This document shows positions 10,558 to 21,134 of a stretch of 64,000 nucleotides of DNA, in pieces (the first letter of the stretch is position 1; each line of letters begins with the position of its first letter). The position numbers and the translations under genes are program-made. The stretch lies in the NCBI GenBank assembly GCA_963707505.1, contig CAVPQB010000004.1, positions 1,120,001 to 1,184,000 of the forward strand, given 5' to 3'. The notes below the pieces were generated by a model. The model did not search any database, was not told the origin of the DNA, and saw only the letters and a program-made list of their open reading frames with translations. This stretch comes from an uncultured Gemmatimonadales bacterium. GTDB lineage: Bacteria; Gemmatimonadota; Gemmatimonadetes; Gemmatimonadales; Gemmatimonadaceae.

Positions 10558-11106
10558 ATGACAGAGCACACTGAAACCATTCTTGATGCAAGCGCGGTGG
10601 AGCGAACACTCCGCCGTATGGCTGGTGAGATAGTCGAAGCGAATGGCGGAACTGACAACCTCGTAATCGTCGGGATCCAGCGGCGCGGAGTTCAGCTCGC
10701 CGATCGCATAGTTGCACTCATCAAGGCAAGCGACGGTGTCACCGTCCCGCGCGGAGCCCTCGACATCACCCTTTACCGCGACGACCTTCAGACGATCGGT
10801 CCGCGACCGGTGGTGGGGTCGACCGAGCTACCGGGCGCAATCGACAATTGCAATGTGGTTATCGTCGATGACGTCCTCTTCACCGGCCGAACGATCAGGG
10901 CCGCGCTGGACGAGCTGGCGGATTTTGGTCGGCCGGCCCGCATCGAGCTGGCAGTGCTGATCGATCGCGGGGGCCGCGAGCTGCCGATCCAACCCGACAT
11001 CGTCGGCAAGAAGGTCGACGCGCGCGCGGGCGATCGGGTTGACGTTCAGGTGGACGAGATTGATGGCCGGTCGGCCGTAGTCCTCGTATCCAAGCGATTC
11101 GAATGA
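10558..11106 (+). CDS. pyrR: PyrR regulator / uracil phosphoribosyltransferase
   Basis: [37 protein letters not shown]. Confidence 0.96.
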   Translation: MTEHTETILDASAVERTLRRMAGEIVEANGGTDNLVIVGIQRRGVQLADRIVALIKASDGVTVPRGALDITLYRDDLQTIGPRPVVGSTELPGAIDNCNVVIVDDVLFTGRTIRAALDELADFGRPARIELAVLIDRGGRELPIQPDIVGKKVDARAGDRVDVQVDEIDGRSAVVLVSKRFE

Positions 11107-12074
11107 CAGCAGCGGCACCGCTCGGGAAGGATTTGTTGGGGCTGGAGCCACTGAGCGGGGAACAGATCAGTCTCATCCTCGATACCGCAGAGCCGTTCAA
11201 GGAAATCAGCGAGCGCGCAATCAAGAAAGTGCCGACGTTGCGCGGCTCGACCGTTGTGAATCTCTTCTTCGAGAACTCTACACGCACGCGTATCTCGTTC
11301 GAGTTCGCCGAGAAGCGGTTGTCGGCCGATACGGTGAACGTTTCGTCCAGCGGGTCGAGCGTCTCGAAAGGCGAGACACTCGTAGACACGGCGCGTAATC
11401 TCGAAGCGATGCGGATCGACATGGTGGTGATCCGGCACGGCTCATCCGGCGCGGCGAAGTTTCTCGCGGGGCGCATCGAGTCCAACGTCATCAACGCCGG
11501 CGACGGTATGCACGAGCATCCGACGCAAGGGCTGCTCGACCTGCTCACGCTTCGCGACCACTTCAAGCATATCGATGGACTCCGCGTCTGCATCTGCGGC
11601 GACGTGCTGCATTCGCGCGTCGCACGCTCCAACATCTGGGGGCTGCGCAAGCTGGGTGCGGAGGTCGCGGTGTGCGGACCGCGCTCGTTGATGCCGAATT
11701 CAATCGATGACATGGGTGTCACAGTTTTCTCGCGCATCGAGGAGGCGATCGAGTGGTCCGACGCTCTCAACATCCTGCGGTTGCAGCTCGAGCGCATGAC
11801 GGCGGGCTACATACCCTCGTTGCGCGAATACAATCGCGTTTTTGGCGTGACGCGTGAGCGACTCGAGCGCGCACCACGCGATGTGCTAATCCTTCATCCG
11901 GGACCGATGAATCGCGGTGTCGAGATCGATTCCGACGTGGCCGATGGGCCGCATAGCGTGATACTTCCGCAGGTGACGAACGGTGTCGCAGTGCGGATGG
12001 CGGTGCTGTATCTGCTGTCGGGCGGTCGGCCAGAGCTGGCAGAGTCCGCCAAGACAGGGAAGGGGGCACCATGA
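11103..12074 (+). CDS. pyrB: Aspartate carbamoyltransferase catalytic subunit
   Basis: [23 protein letters not shown]. Confidence 0.97.
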   Translation: MTAAAPLGKDLLGLEPLSGEQISLILDTAEPFKEISERAIKKVPTLRGSTVVNLFFENSTRTRISFEFAEKRLSADTVNVSSSGSSVSKGETLVDTARNLEAMRIDMVVIRHGSSGAAKFLAGRIESNVINAGDGMHEHPTQGLLDLLTLRDHFKHIDGLRVCICGDVLHSRVARSNIWGLRKLGAEVAVCGPRSLMPNSIDDMGVTVFSRIEEAIEWSDALNILRLQLERMTAGYIPSLREYNRVFGVTRERLERAPRDVLILHPGPMNRGVEIDSDVADGPHSVILPQVTNGVAVRMAVLYLLSGGRPELAESAKTGKGAP

Positions 12075-13358
12075 CGCGCTGCGGTACTTCTCACAGGCGG
12101 ACGCGTTCTGGATCCGTCGCAGCAGATGGACGAGGTCGCTGACGTTCTGCTTACAGATGGCAACGTTGCAGCAATCGGGCGTGACATCGGACGACCCGAC
12201 GACGCGCAAATCGTGGATTGCGCGGGGCTGATCGTGTCGCCGGGATTCATCGACGTGCACTGTCATCTGCGTGAGCCTGGACGCGCTGACGTCGAAACCA
12301 TCGCGAGCGGCGCGCGGGCGGCGGCCGCCGGAGGCTTCACGGCGGTCTGCGCGATGCCAAATACCGATCCTGTCATCGACAATCCGGCGGCGGTCGGCTT
12401 TGTCGTGCGACAGGGACAACGCGCAGGCGCGGCGCGGGTGTATCCGATCGGTGCGATCTCCGTGGGGCAACGTGGCGAGGCCCTCGCCGAGTTCGGTGAG
12501 ATGGTTGATGCTGGTGCAATCGGCGTGAGCGACGATGGCAAACCCGTCGTGTCCGCGCAACTCATGCGCACGGCGCTCGAGTACGCGCGCACGTTCCACA
12601 TTCCGGTGATCGATCACTGTGAGGAACCGACGCTTGCAGCCGGCGGCGCCATGAACGAGGGCATCGTCTCCGCTCGGCTCGGCCTCAAGGGAATTCCGGA
12701 TGAGGCCGAGGAGATCATGGTGATCCGCGACATATTGCTGGCACGCCTCACTCGCGGCCACGTGCATCTTGCGCACATGAGCACCAAGGGATCGGTCGAG
12801 CTGATTCGGTGGGGCAAGGATCGCGGCATCAACGTTACTGCCGAGGTCTGCCCGCACCATCTCTCGCTCACGGAAGAGGCGGTCGAGGGTTACGATACCA
12901 ACGCCAAGATGAATCCGCCGCTCCGTACCGCGGAGGACGTCGAGACGCTCCGCGAAGCGGTGCGTGATGGAACGATCGATCTGGTCGCCACCGATCACGC
13001 CCCGCATCATTATGACGAGAAGGAGCGCGAGTTCCAGAACGCGCCCAATGGGATCGTTGGGTTGGAGACTGCACTTTCCGTCGTGGTCGACAGCCTCGTC
13101 GTGCCCGGCCATATCGACTTCGGAACGCTGGTGGATCGCATGTCCTGCAATCCGGCTCGACTGTTCGGGCTCCCCGGAGGTACTTTAGGAGCTGGGTCGC
13201 CGGCCGACGTCACGGTTTTTGATCCGGCTCGTCGCTGGACGGTTGATCCCGATCTGTTCCTGTCCAAAGGGCGCAACACACCGTATGCTGGTATGACGCT
13301 GACCGGCCGTACGATCTGCACCGTCGTCGCGGGCCAGGTCGTCTACACTCTGAACTAG
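12071..13358 (+). CDS. pyrC: Dihydroorotase; real start likely the ATG at 12071 with a +1 break near 12077
   Basis: Upstream frame [12 protein letters not shown] continues into the ORF at 12126; [32 protein letters not shown]. Confidence 0.93.
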
Positions 13359-13372
13359 CAGAGGAAAGGGGA

Positions 13373-14313
13373 ATGACAGCGACCGATACCGAAGCGATGT
13401 CGGCTCTGCACGAGTTGTTGGACGAGCGGCAGCGCTACCAGGGCTGGCTCGCCACACTCGAAGGCCGTCGCAGCTCGACTCCGCCGCACGTGTACGAGCG
13501 CGTGCAGCGCGATTACGCCGGCCGTCTCGATCGCGTCATGCAGACGCTCGCCGAGCGCGCGGGACAGTTGACGGGCACCATCGACGCCATGACGGCGGAT
13601 CTTGCGACGCTCCGCGATCAGGAATCCGATCGCACCGACGAGCGGAACGAGGCAGAGCTGCGCGCGGCTGTTGGCGAGTTTACGCCGGACGAATGGGAGC
13701 AGCGCCGGGCGGACGTCGACCGCGAAATCGAGCGTATCGCCGCTGAGCGAAGGTCGGTTGAAGAGGAGTTGCACGAATTGCAGCGGATAGTCGCGCTGAC
13801 AGCGTCGATCGAGCCGATGGGAGCGGCGTCCGAGGCGGTGGCAGAGCGGCCGCAGGAATCGCAGAGCGGTGGTGAGGCCGCAGGGCGACCCGCGCAGCGT
13901 GACGCGGCTGCGCACACGTCGGCGCAGCGCAGGCGCGGCCATCGATCGATGACTTCGTCGCCGAGTGGCATCCACCGCAAGCACGTCCGCACCTGCAGGG
14001 TAATTCGTCGCGCGAGCAGCACGACAATATCCCCGACACGAAAGGGCTGGAAGATCTTGTTATCCCCGCGGCGCCGATGGGCGGGAATCCGGTTGGTGCA
14101 GCTGGCGCGGATTATGGAATCGCCAACGGTGTGACCGGCGTAGCGGCGGCGGCAGCATCGGTGCCGGCGCAAACGCGCACGCCGCCGCCGGTGCCCGCGC
14201 AATCCGCTGACAGAGATACCGACAAGACTTTGAAGTGCCCCGAATGCGGCGCGATGAACTATGCGACCGAGTGGTACTGCGAGCGCTGCGGCGGAGAGCT
14301 GTCGACGTTTTAG
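13373..14313 (+). CDS. Hypothetical protein: N-terminal coiled coil, low-complexity linker, C-terminal zinc ribbon; frame break near 13900-13945
   Basis: Heptad-rich N-terminus; second frame IDDFVAEW.. runs into the ORF at 14077 ending CPECG..WYCERCGGEL. Confidence 0.7.
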
Positions 14314-14340
14314 GGCGTAGCAGGATGCCGGTGCGCGACG

Positions 14341-15123
14341 TTACACGATATGACCGAAGTAGATCTCAGTGTCGTATTGGATCGCGACCGAGCCGCCGTC
14401 CGCGTATTCGTCGAAGATTCTTCGCAGCTCACGCAACATAGGTAGATAGCCTGGATGGCTTGCCGTGGGCGTGTAGGACGAGGATAGCAGTCGGCCACGC
14501 AAGCCTTCGAAGTCGAAGCGCTGCTCGTTATAAAGCTTGCGAAGGTGAAATGCGCTGCCATGCTCTCCATCAAACAGCACGCGCAATCGCGCAACGTCGA
14601 GGTGCTGATGGCGAACCTGACGGTAGTCAGTGCCATACCGCTCGAGCATCGCGTCGTATTCGCGAAGGAAGGGCGTGCTGTCGAGGCGTCGCGCGTTCCA
14701 CAACAGAACCGCCCATCCAGCAGGACGGAGGATGCGAGCGAATTCCGTTCTCGCCAGCTGTGCGTCGAACCAGTGAAATGCCTGGCCGGCGCATACATAA
14801 TCGACTGAAGCGGCGGGAAGCGTCGTGGCTTCGGCACGGGCCGGGACGCTGTGAAAGCGCGGGTACCCGGCGAGTAGTCGCTCCGCGGCGCCCCGCATCT
14901 CGGTGTTTGGCTCGACGCCAAACACGGTGTTGCCATTGCGCAGGAAGAGCTCCGATGAGATGCCCGTGCCCGATCCTACGTCAGCGATTTCCGAGTGTGA
15001 TGTAAGCCCGGTTTCGTGTGCCAGGACGTCGATTACTGCGGTCGGGTAGCCGGGGCGATAACGGACGTAATCGTCCACGCGATCCGAGAAGCGGCGCGTG
15101 GAATCTGGCTGGAAATCGTGCAT
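14341..15123 (-). CDS. Class I SAM-dependent methyltransferase
   Basis: RPGYP, ADVGSGTG, VEPN, GQAFHWF. Confidence 0.9.
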   Translation of the reverse strand: MHDFQPDSTRRFSDRVDDYVRYRPGYPTAVIDVLAHETGLTSHSEIADVGSGTGISSELFLRNGNTVFGVEPNTEMRGAAERLLAGYPRFHSVPARAEATTLPAASVDYVCAGQAFHWFDAQLARTEFARILRPAGWAVLLWNARRLDSTPFLREYDAMLERYGTDYRQVRHQHLDVARLRVLFDGEHGSAFHLRKLYNEQRFDFEGLRGRLLSSSYTPTASHPGYLPMLRELRRIFDEYADGGSVAIQYDTEIYFGHIV

Positions 15124-15263
15124 TGCCGGCTCCTGCGGGATGAAAGCGTTCAGCGAACGTGGTTCATCCTACGCCGATCACACGTGAAGGGGTCCGCGCG
15201 GAAATATCGGCGAACAGCGACTCGGATCGCGCCTGGGGGGCCAGGCGCGGATGAATCCGCGCC

Positions 15264-15512
15264 CTACGCGGCTGCTTTCTTCGCGGCCTTGGCCATGCGG
15301 CTCTTGCGGCGCGCGGCGGCGTTCTTGTGGACGAGGCCCTTGCGCGCTGCACGATCGAGCAGCGTAACGGCTTCGGCCATTGCTTCGGATGAAGCGTTTT
15401 CGGCTCTCGCCTTCTTGAGGGCGGTACGGAGCGTCGAGCGCTGCGCGCGGTTACGGACCTGCGCGGCACGGGACTTCCGCATATTCTTCTTCGCGGACGC
15501 GATATTCGGCAT
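15264..15512 (-). CDS. rpsT: 30S ribosomal protein S20
   Basis: MPNIASAKK..RN..LDRAARKGLVHKNAAARRKSR. Confidence 0.97.
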   Translation of the reverse strand: MPNIASAKKNMRKSRAAQVRNRAQRSTLRTALKKARAENASSEAMAEAVTLLDRAARKGLVHKNAAARRKSRMAKAAKKAAA

Positions 15513-15569
15513 GACGGGGCTGGTTAACTCGATGAAGCGAAAGCGTTTCCGATTCGCGACTAGCCTCGT

Positions 15570-15598
15570 AAATTAGGTCATCCCCATAACCGAGTCAA
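15570..15598 (-). promoter_or_regulatory. Sigma70-type promoter for rpsT
   Basis: Minus strand TTGACT-N17-TAATTT upstream of rpsT. Confidence 0.65.
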
Positions 15599-15599
15599 G

Positions 15600-16283
15600 T
15601 TGGATAGCGTCACTCAGCTTCTACTAATAGGCCCAGTCCTCCTCTTCTCCATGGTCGCCCACGAGTACGCTCACGGGTGGGTAGCCATGAAGAACGGCGA
15701 TCCCACCGCGTACCAGCTCGGCAGGCTCACATGGAACCCGATCAAGCACATCGATCCGTTCATGACGATCCTGCTGCCGGTCTTCCTGGCCATTTCGCAC
15801 GCCCCCATCCTTGGCGGGGCAAAACCGATCCCGGTCAATCCGCGGAATTACCGTAACTTCAAACAGGGCGACATAATGGTGTCGCTGGCAGGGGTCACCA
15901 CAAATGTGATCCTTGCGTTCCTTTTTGCAGCTGTGGTTCCGCTCCTGTACTTCCCGGGGCGGGCCTTTCCGAACGCCGAGAATGCCTTCGCGATCGTGCA
16001 GCGCATGTTCATCTACGGAATCGAGATCAATCTGATTCTTGCTGCATTCAACCTGCTTCCCATCCCGCCACTGGACGGGTCGCACGTCTTCAAATACGTG
16101 CTGCCGCCGGCGTGGGCGCTGTCGTATGAGCGCATCAGCCGCTTCGGTCTGCTCATCATCTATGCGTTGTTGTTTTTGGGCGGACCGCTCCTCACCTGGT
16201 GGCTCTTTCCCGCGGAGGCGATCACGAACTTTCTGATCGGGACCGTGGGCGGGTTCATACTGCCGTGGCAGGGCGTGTTGTGA
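15600..16283 (+). CDS. Site-2 protease (M50) family membrane metalloprotease
   Basis: HEYAH, GRLTWNP, FNLLPIPPLDG. Confidence 0.92.
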   Translation: MDSVTQLLLIGPVLLFSMVAHEYAHGWVAMKNGDPTAYQLGRLTWNPIKHIDPFMTILLPVFLAISHAPILGGAKPIPVNPRNYRNFKQGDIMVSLAGVTTNVILAFLFAAVVPLLYFPGRAFPNAENAFAIVQRMFIYGIEINLILAAFNLLPIPPLDGSHVFKYVLPPAWALSYERISRFGLLIIYALLFLGGPLLTWWLFPAEAITNFLIGTVGGFILPWQGVL

Positions 16284-17050
16284 TGACGGCTGTCGATGTG
16301 CGCGACGACGACCATTCGATGGGTCAGCCGGCGGCCGAGGAACAGCACGGCTTCATCGTGGAGCTCCCCGAGTTCTCGGGGCCACTGGATCTGTTGCTGT
16401 CCCTGATCCGCGATGAGCAGGTGGACATTTACGACATTCCGATCGCGCGCATAGCCGAGCAGTTTCTGGCGCGCATTCACGGTATGAGCATCGACGATGC
16501 GGCTGACTACCTCGAGATGGCGGCGCGTCTCCTTCGCATCAAGGCGCAGATGCTGCTGCCGCGCCCCGAAGGTCTGGAAGCGTGGGAAGATCCGCGCGCT
16601 GAGCTGGTGCGGCGCCTTCTCGAATACCAGCAGGTGCGCGAAGTGGTCGACGTGCTCGAGCGGCTTGGCGACGACCGTCGCAACAGGTTCGCTCGCTCCT
16701 ACGTCCAGCCACAGGTCGAACAGATAGATCGTGATGACCGACCGTTCGCCGCCACGCTCGCCGACCTGTTCGCAGCGGTGGATCGCGTGTTGCGTCAGGC
16801 CAAGCGGCCGCTCGTTCACGACGTGATCCCACGCGCACTCGACGTTGATGGCGCGATCAAGTCGATCAGAGCCGTGATGGCGCTCCGCGCCCGCGCGAGG
16901 TGGGGCGACATCGTGTCGCGCGACGCTGAGCCGTGGCAGATACTATCCGTGCTACTCGCGCTGCTGGAACTGGCGAAGAGTGGCGAGCTGCGCATCGTGC
17001 AGCCGAAACCGTTTGCATCGATGGAGTTGAGTGGTGACACCGTTAGCTAG
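16283..17050 (+). CDS. scpA: Segregation and condensation protein A
   Basis: FSGPLDLLLSLI, DIPIARI, YLEMAARLLRIKAQMLLP, LALLEL. Confidence 0.93.
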   Translation: MTAVDVRDDDHSMGQPAAEEQHGFIVELPEFSGPLDLLLSLIRDEQVDIYDIPIARIAEQFLARIHGMSIDDAADYLEMAARLLRIKAQMLLPRPEGLEAWEDPRAELVRRLLEYQQVREVVDVLERLGDDRRNRFARSYVQPQVEQIDRDDRPFAATLADLFAAVDRVLRQAKRPLVHDVIPRALDVDGAIKSIRAVMALRARARWGDIVSRDAEPWQILSVLLALLELAKSGELRIVQPKPFASMELSGDTVS

Positions 17051-17579
17051 ACTGCTGGAGGCGGCGCTCTTCGCAAGCGCACGTCCAATACCATCCGATT
17101 CGCTCAACCAGCTCGATCCGGAATCCACGCCTGCCGCTGTCTCCTCAGCGCTGGATGAAATTCGTGAGCGTTACGACAACGAGGGTCACGGTGTCGAGCT
17201 CGTCGCGGTAAGTGACGGCTGGCAGATACTCACGCGTCCGGAATACACGGAGGCAATAGAGCGAGCACAGCTGGCCGCACGTCCTCAACGGCTGTCCGGT
17301 GCAGCGCTGGAGACGCTCGCGATAGTCGCGTATCGTCAGCCGATCGGCCGAATGGAGATCGAAGACATTCGCGGCGTCGGTGCAGGGGCGATTCTCAAGT
17401 CGCTGCAGGAGCGAGGTCTCGTCGATGTCGTGGGCCGCGGCGAGGGGATGGGCCGACCGTTGTTGTATGGCACGACTCCGTTGTTTCTCGAGCACTTCGC
17501 GCTGCGGCATCTGGGCGAGCTTCCTCGCGCCGATGAGTTGACGGTAGCACTCCGTCCCGCTCTTTCTCAGGCGTCCTGA
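17031..17579 (+). CDS. scpB: Segregation and condensation protein B
   Basis: LEAALFA, LSGAALETLAIVAYRQP, GRPLLYGTT. Confidence 0.95.
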   Translation: MVTPLARLLEAALFASARPIPSDSLNQLDPESTPAAVSSALDEIRERYDNEGHGVELVAVSDGWQILTRPEYTEAIERAQLAARPQRLSGAALETLAIVAYRQPIGRMEIEDIRGVGAGAILKSLQERGLVDVVGRGEGMGRPLLYGTTPLFLEHFALRHLGELPRADELTVALRPALSQAS

Positions 17580-18343
17580 TGGCGGAGGCGATGCGCCTTC
17601 AGCGCGCGCTCGCGCGAGCGGGTATTGCATCACGACGAAAAGCTGAAGAGTTGATCACGGCGGGCCGCGTGACCGTAAACGGGGCCGTCGCGACGCTCGG
17701 TCAGGTTGTTGATCCTGCTGGAGACACGATTCTCGTCGATGGGCGTCGCGTCGGTGCGCCATCGGCAACGGTATGGCTCCTGCTCAACAAGCCTCCCGGA
17801 GTGGTGACGACGGCGAGTGACCCTGCCGGACGGAAAACTGTCTTCGATCTGGTGGATGATCGGCCGGGACTGACGTACGTCGGCCGGTTGGACTATCTGA
17901 CCGAAGGCGCGCTCCTGATGACAACGGATGGCGCGGCCGCTCACGCGCTGACGCATCCTAGCCGCGGAGTGGAACGAACTTACGTGGCAACGGTACGCGG
18001 AGACGCAGTGTCGGCAGCGCGCGAAGCGATGCGTGGCGTGGAGCTTGAAGATGGCGTGGCGTATCCGATCTCGGCTACGGCTCACCCCGTACCGGGCCGG
18101 CGTCACTACGAGTTCGAGATCGTGCTCGCGGAGGGAAAGCATCACGAAGTGCGGCGGCTGTGTGCTGCGCTTGGATTGGAAGTGGAACGACTGGTGCGTA
18201 CGAAGTTTGGACCAGTGCGGCTCGGCGCACTACCAAGCGGCGCGAGCAGGCCGCTGAACAAGCGTGAATCCGATTTAATCAGCTCACTCGTCAAACAGCC
18301 ACCACATGGAAGACACGGCACTCGTCAACGCGGTAATCAGTGA
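17579..18343 (+). CDS. rluB: RluB-like rRNA pseudouridine synthase
   Basis: S4 domain SRRKAE; NKPPG; VGRLD catalytic Asp; follows scpB. Confidence 0.85.
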   Translation: MAEAMRLQRALARAGIASRRKAEELITAGRVTVNGAVATLGQVVDPAGDTILVDGRRVGAPSATVWLLLNKPPGVVTTASDPAGRKTVFDLVDDRPGLTYVGRLDYLTEGALLMTTDGAAAHALTHPSRGVERTYVATVRGDAVSAAREAMRGVELEDGVAYPISATAHPVPGRRHYEFEIVLAEGKHHEVRRLCAALGLEVERLVRTKFGPVRLGALPSGASRPLNKRESDLISSLVKQPPHGRHGTRQRGNQ

Positions 18344-19259
18344 AGTAGGGAAGCGTGTTGTAGGGCAGAATTACATGGTCGAGCGGCTACTCGTGGGATT
18401 GCTCACGGGCGGTCACGTGCTTCTCGAGGGTGTGCCCGGTCTGGCGAAGACGCTCACCGTGCGGACGCTCGCGGAGACTATCAGTACTTCGTTTCAGCGA
18501 ATTCAGTTCACACCCGATCTGCTGCCAGCGGACGTCATCGGCACGCAGGTGTACGATCAGTCGACGGGTCGTTTCTCCGTGAAGCAGGGACCGATCTTCG
18601 CGAACATCGTTCTAGCCGACGAAATCAACCGTGCGCCGGCGAAGGTGCAGGCTGCGTTGCTCGAAGCGATGCAGGAGAAGCAGGTGACGATCGGCGGCAC
18701 GACGTATGTGCTGCAGGAGCCGTTTCTCGTGCTCGCCACGCAGAATCCGATCGAGCAGGAAGGGACGTACCCGCTGCCCGAGGCGCAGATCGACCGCTTC
18801 ATGCTCAAGCTGTACGTCGGCTATCCGACGCGCGATGAGGAGAAGGAAGTGCTGCGCCGCATGGCGGGCAAGGACGAGATACCCGTGCGGCACGTCGCGA
18901 CCCCTGAGGCAGTCCTTGCTGCACGCAAGCGGATAGGCGACCTGTATATGGACGACAGGATCGTCGATTATATCGTCGACATCGTGGAAGCGACGCGAAA
19001 TCCGAAGGGCGCGAATCTGCCTGATCTCGCGCCGCTCATCGAGTTCGGCGCAAGCCCGCGCGCCACGCTCGCACTCGCACAGGGTTCGCGCGCAATTGCG
19101 TTCCTGCGTGATCGCGCCTACGTCACGCCGGACGACGTCAAGGCGATCGCACCGGATGTTCTCAGGCACCGCGTTCTCATCACATACGAGGCGGAGGCTG
19201 AGGATGTGACGAGCGACAATGTCGTGTCGCGCATTCTCGATACGATCCCGGCCCCGTAG
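18306..19259 (+). CDS. moxR: MoxR family AAA+ ATPase
   Basis: EGVPGLAKT, RIQFTPDLLPAD, DEINRAPAKVQ, ATQNPIEQEGTYPLPEAQIDRF. Confidence 0.95.
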   Translation: MEDTALVNAVISEVGKRVVGQNYMVERLLVGLLTGGHVLLEGVPGLAKTLTVRTLAETISTSFQRIQFTPDLLPADVIGTQVYDQSTGRFSVKQGPIFANIVLADEINRAPAKVQAALLEAMQEKQVTIGGTTYVLQEPFLVLATQNPIEQEGTYPLPEAQIDRFMLKLYVGYPTRDEEKEVLRRMAGKDEIPVRHVATPEAVLAARKRIGDLYMDDRIVDYIVDIVEATRNPKGANLPDLAPLIEFGASPRATLALAQGSRAIAFLRDRAYVTPDDVKAIAPDVLRHRVLITYEAEAEDVTSDNVVSRILDTIPAP

Positions 19260-19263
19260 CAGC

Positions 19264-20211
19264 GTGCTCAACTTCCTGAAGCGTCGCGCAGCGCCGAGGG
19301 AAGCGCCGGCTCCGCCGCCGGTGCGTATCTCGCCAGAGATCCTGAAGCAGGTGAAGCGCGTCGAGCTCAAGACGCGCGGGCTCGTCGACGCACTGTTCTC
19401 GGGTGAGTATCGCTCCGTATTCAAGGGGCAGGGCATGGAGTTCTCGGAAGTGCGCGAATACATACCCGGTGACGAGGTGCGCACCATCGACTGGAACGTC
19501 ACTGCGCGGATGAACCGGCCTTTCGTCAAGCGCTACATCGAGGAGCGCGAGCTGACCGTGGTGTTGGCGCTCGACATCTCCGGATCGGAGAGCTTCGGCA
19601 CGGTATCGCGCTTCAAGAGCGACGTGATGACGGAATTTGCCGCCGTCATAGCGATGGCGGCTGTCCGCAACAACGATCGCGTGGGGCTCATCTTCTTCAC
19701 CGATCGTGTGGAGCACGTCGTCCCACCGCGCAAGGGCAAGCGTCACGTACTGCGAATCGTGCGCGATCTGCTTGCGTTCGTGCCAAAGGGTAAGGCTACC
19801 AATCTCCGTCCTGCGCTGGAGTACATGCAGCGCACCCTGCGCCAGCACACGGTGATCTTTCTGGTCTCCGACTTTCAGGACGAAGGCTACGAGCACGCGC
19901 TCAAGGTGCTGGGCCGTCGGCATGACATCGTCGCTGTCACGCTGAACGACCCTGCCGAGCAGACTCTTCCGAGTGTTGGACTGGCGCGCGTGCGCGATCC
20001 GGAGACCGGTGAATTTCTTGAAGTAGACACCAGCGACCGGCGAGTCCGCGCTGCCTACGCAGAGCACATTGCCGCTGAGCTGGCCGCGCGACGCCGAGTG
20101 TTGCGCCGGTCGGGAGTGGACGAGATCGAGCTAACCACAGACGGATCTGTGATCGAGCCACTGCTCAAATTCTTTCGCACGCGTGAGACGCGAGCGCGCT
20201 CGTATCGATGA
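19264..20211 (+). CDS. DUF58 family protein (MoxR-associated)
   Basis: GEYRSVFKGQGMEFSEVREY.PGD.VRTIDWNVTAR. Confidence 0.9.
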   Translation: MLNFLKRRAAPREAPAPPPVRISPEILKQVKRVELKTRGLVDALFSGEYRSVFKGQGMEFSEVREYIPGDEVRTIDWNVTARMNRPFVKRYIEERELTVVLALDISGSESFGTVSRFKSDVMTEFAAVIAMAAVRNNDRVGLIFFTDRVEHVVPPRKGKRHVLRIVRDLLAFVPKGKATNLRPALEYMQRTLRQHTVIFLVSDFQDEGYEHALKVLGRRHDIVAVTLNDPAEQTLPSVGLARVRDPETGEFLEVDTSDRRVRAAYAEHIAAELAARRRVLRRSGVDEIELTTDGSVIEPLLKFFRTRETRARSYR

Positions 20212-21134
20212 CGATAGTAGCCTTGTTTTTTTGGTTGATCCAGGCGACGACTCCGGCAAGTCAGCTGCAGGTCGGCACTTCGGTGCGGCCTGAAACGACG
20301 ACTGTGGGGCAGCACTTCGTAGCGACGATACGGGTGCGGGTTCCGAACGGCACGCAGGTGGTTTTTCCAACGCGACCGGATAGCGCGGCACACGTGGATT
20401 CGGCCGGCGCGATGACTCGGTCGCAATCGACAGCGGGCGGATTCACGGAATCAACGGTCAACTACGTGCTGGCGGCGTGGGACACGGGTGGGCAGGCGCT
20501 CGGCCTCGACAGCATCGTCGTGATCGGCCCGAGCGGTCAACAACGTACTGCCGCCTTGAAAAACTTCACAGTACGCGTTCGGTCCGTTCTGCCCGCGGAT
20601 ACATCGCTCAGGCAACCAAAGCCTTATCGGCCGGTGGTTGCGATCGAGCCGTTCAACTGGATTCCCTGGGCGTTGGCAGCGGCAGCCGTTGCTCTGCTCG
20701 GCTTTCTGATCTGGTTCTGGCGCCGCTGGCGCCGCCGCGTCGCGCGCGGACTGTTGCCGCTCGAGATCGCGGAGCGCGATTTCGCGCGCATCGATTCGCA
20801 GCGTCTAATCGAGTCTGGCGAGTCGGAGCGGTATGCTGTCGAGATGGTTCACGTGTTGCGGGTGTATCTGGCGGCGACTGTGCCGGCGGCGGCGGAATCG
20901 TCGACGACTCACGAGCTCGCGGATTCACTGCAGCGTTCACCCATCGTACCGACGCAGCGGCTGCTCGACGTCCTCGACGCGACCGATCTCATCAAATTCG
21001 CGCGGGAGCGCTCGACCGCCGAGCGTGCACGAGAGATCGGCGTGGCGGCTCGGAGCATCGTCGCCGATGTGAATACCGCAATCGTGGCAGCCAATGCGGC
21101 AAGCGCCGCGGCCGCAAAGGCGAAGGCAGCGTGA
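20208..21134 (+). CDS. Bat-operon membrane protein (Ig-like domain, one TM, helical C-terminus)
   Basis: Signal peptide, TM followed by RRWRRR, DLIKFA motif; lies between DUF58 and BatA. Confidence 0.7.
   Translation: MTIVALFFWLIQATTPASQLQVGTSVRPETTTVGQHFVATIRVRVPNGTQVVFPTRPDSAAHVDSAGAMTRSQSTAGGFTESTVNYVLAAWDTGGQALGLDSIVVIGPSGQQRTAALKNFTVRVRSVLPADTSLRQPKPYRPVVAIEPFNWIPWALAAAAVALLGFLIWFWRRWRRRVARGLLPLEIAERDFARIDSQRLIESGESERYAVEMVHVLRVYLAATVPAAAESSTTHELADSLQRSPIVPTQRLLDVLDATDLIKFARERSTAERAREIGVAARSIVADVNTAIVAANAASAAAAKAKAA

Noticed and set aside
15228..15262. Hairpins downstream of rpsT as a terminator or ncRNA
   Set aside because: GC stem present but no U-tract and no recognisable RNA family; not enough support
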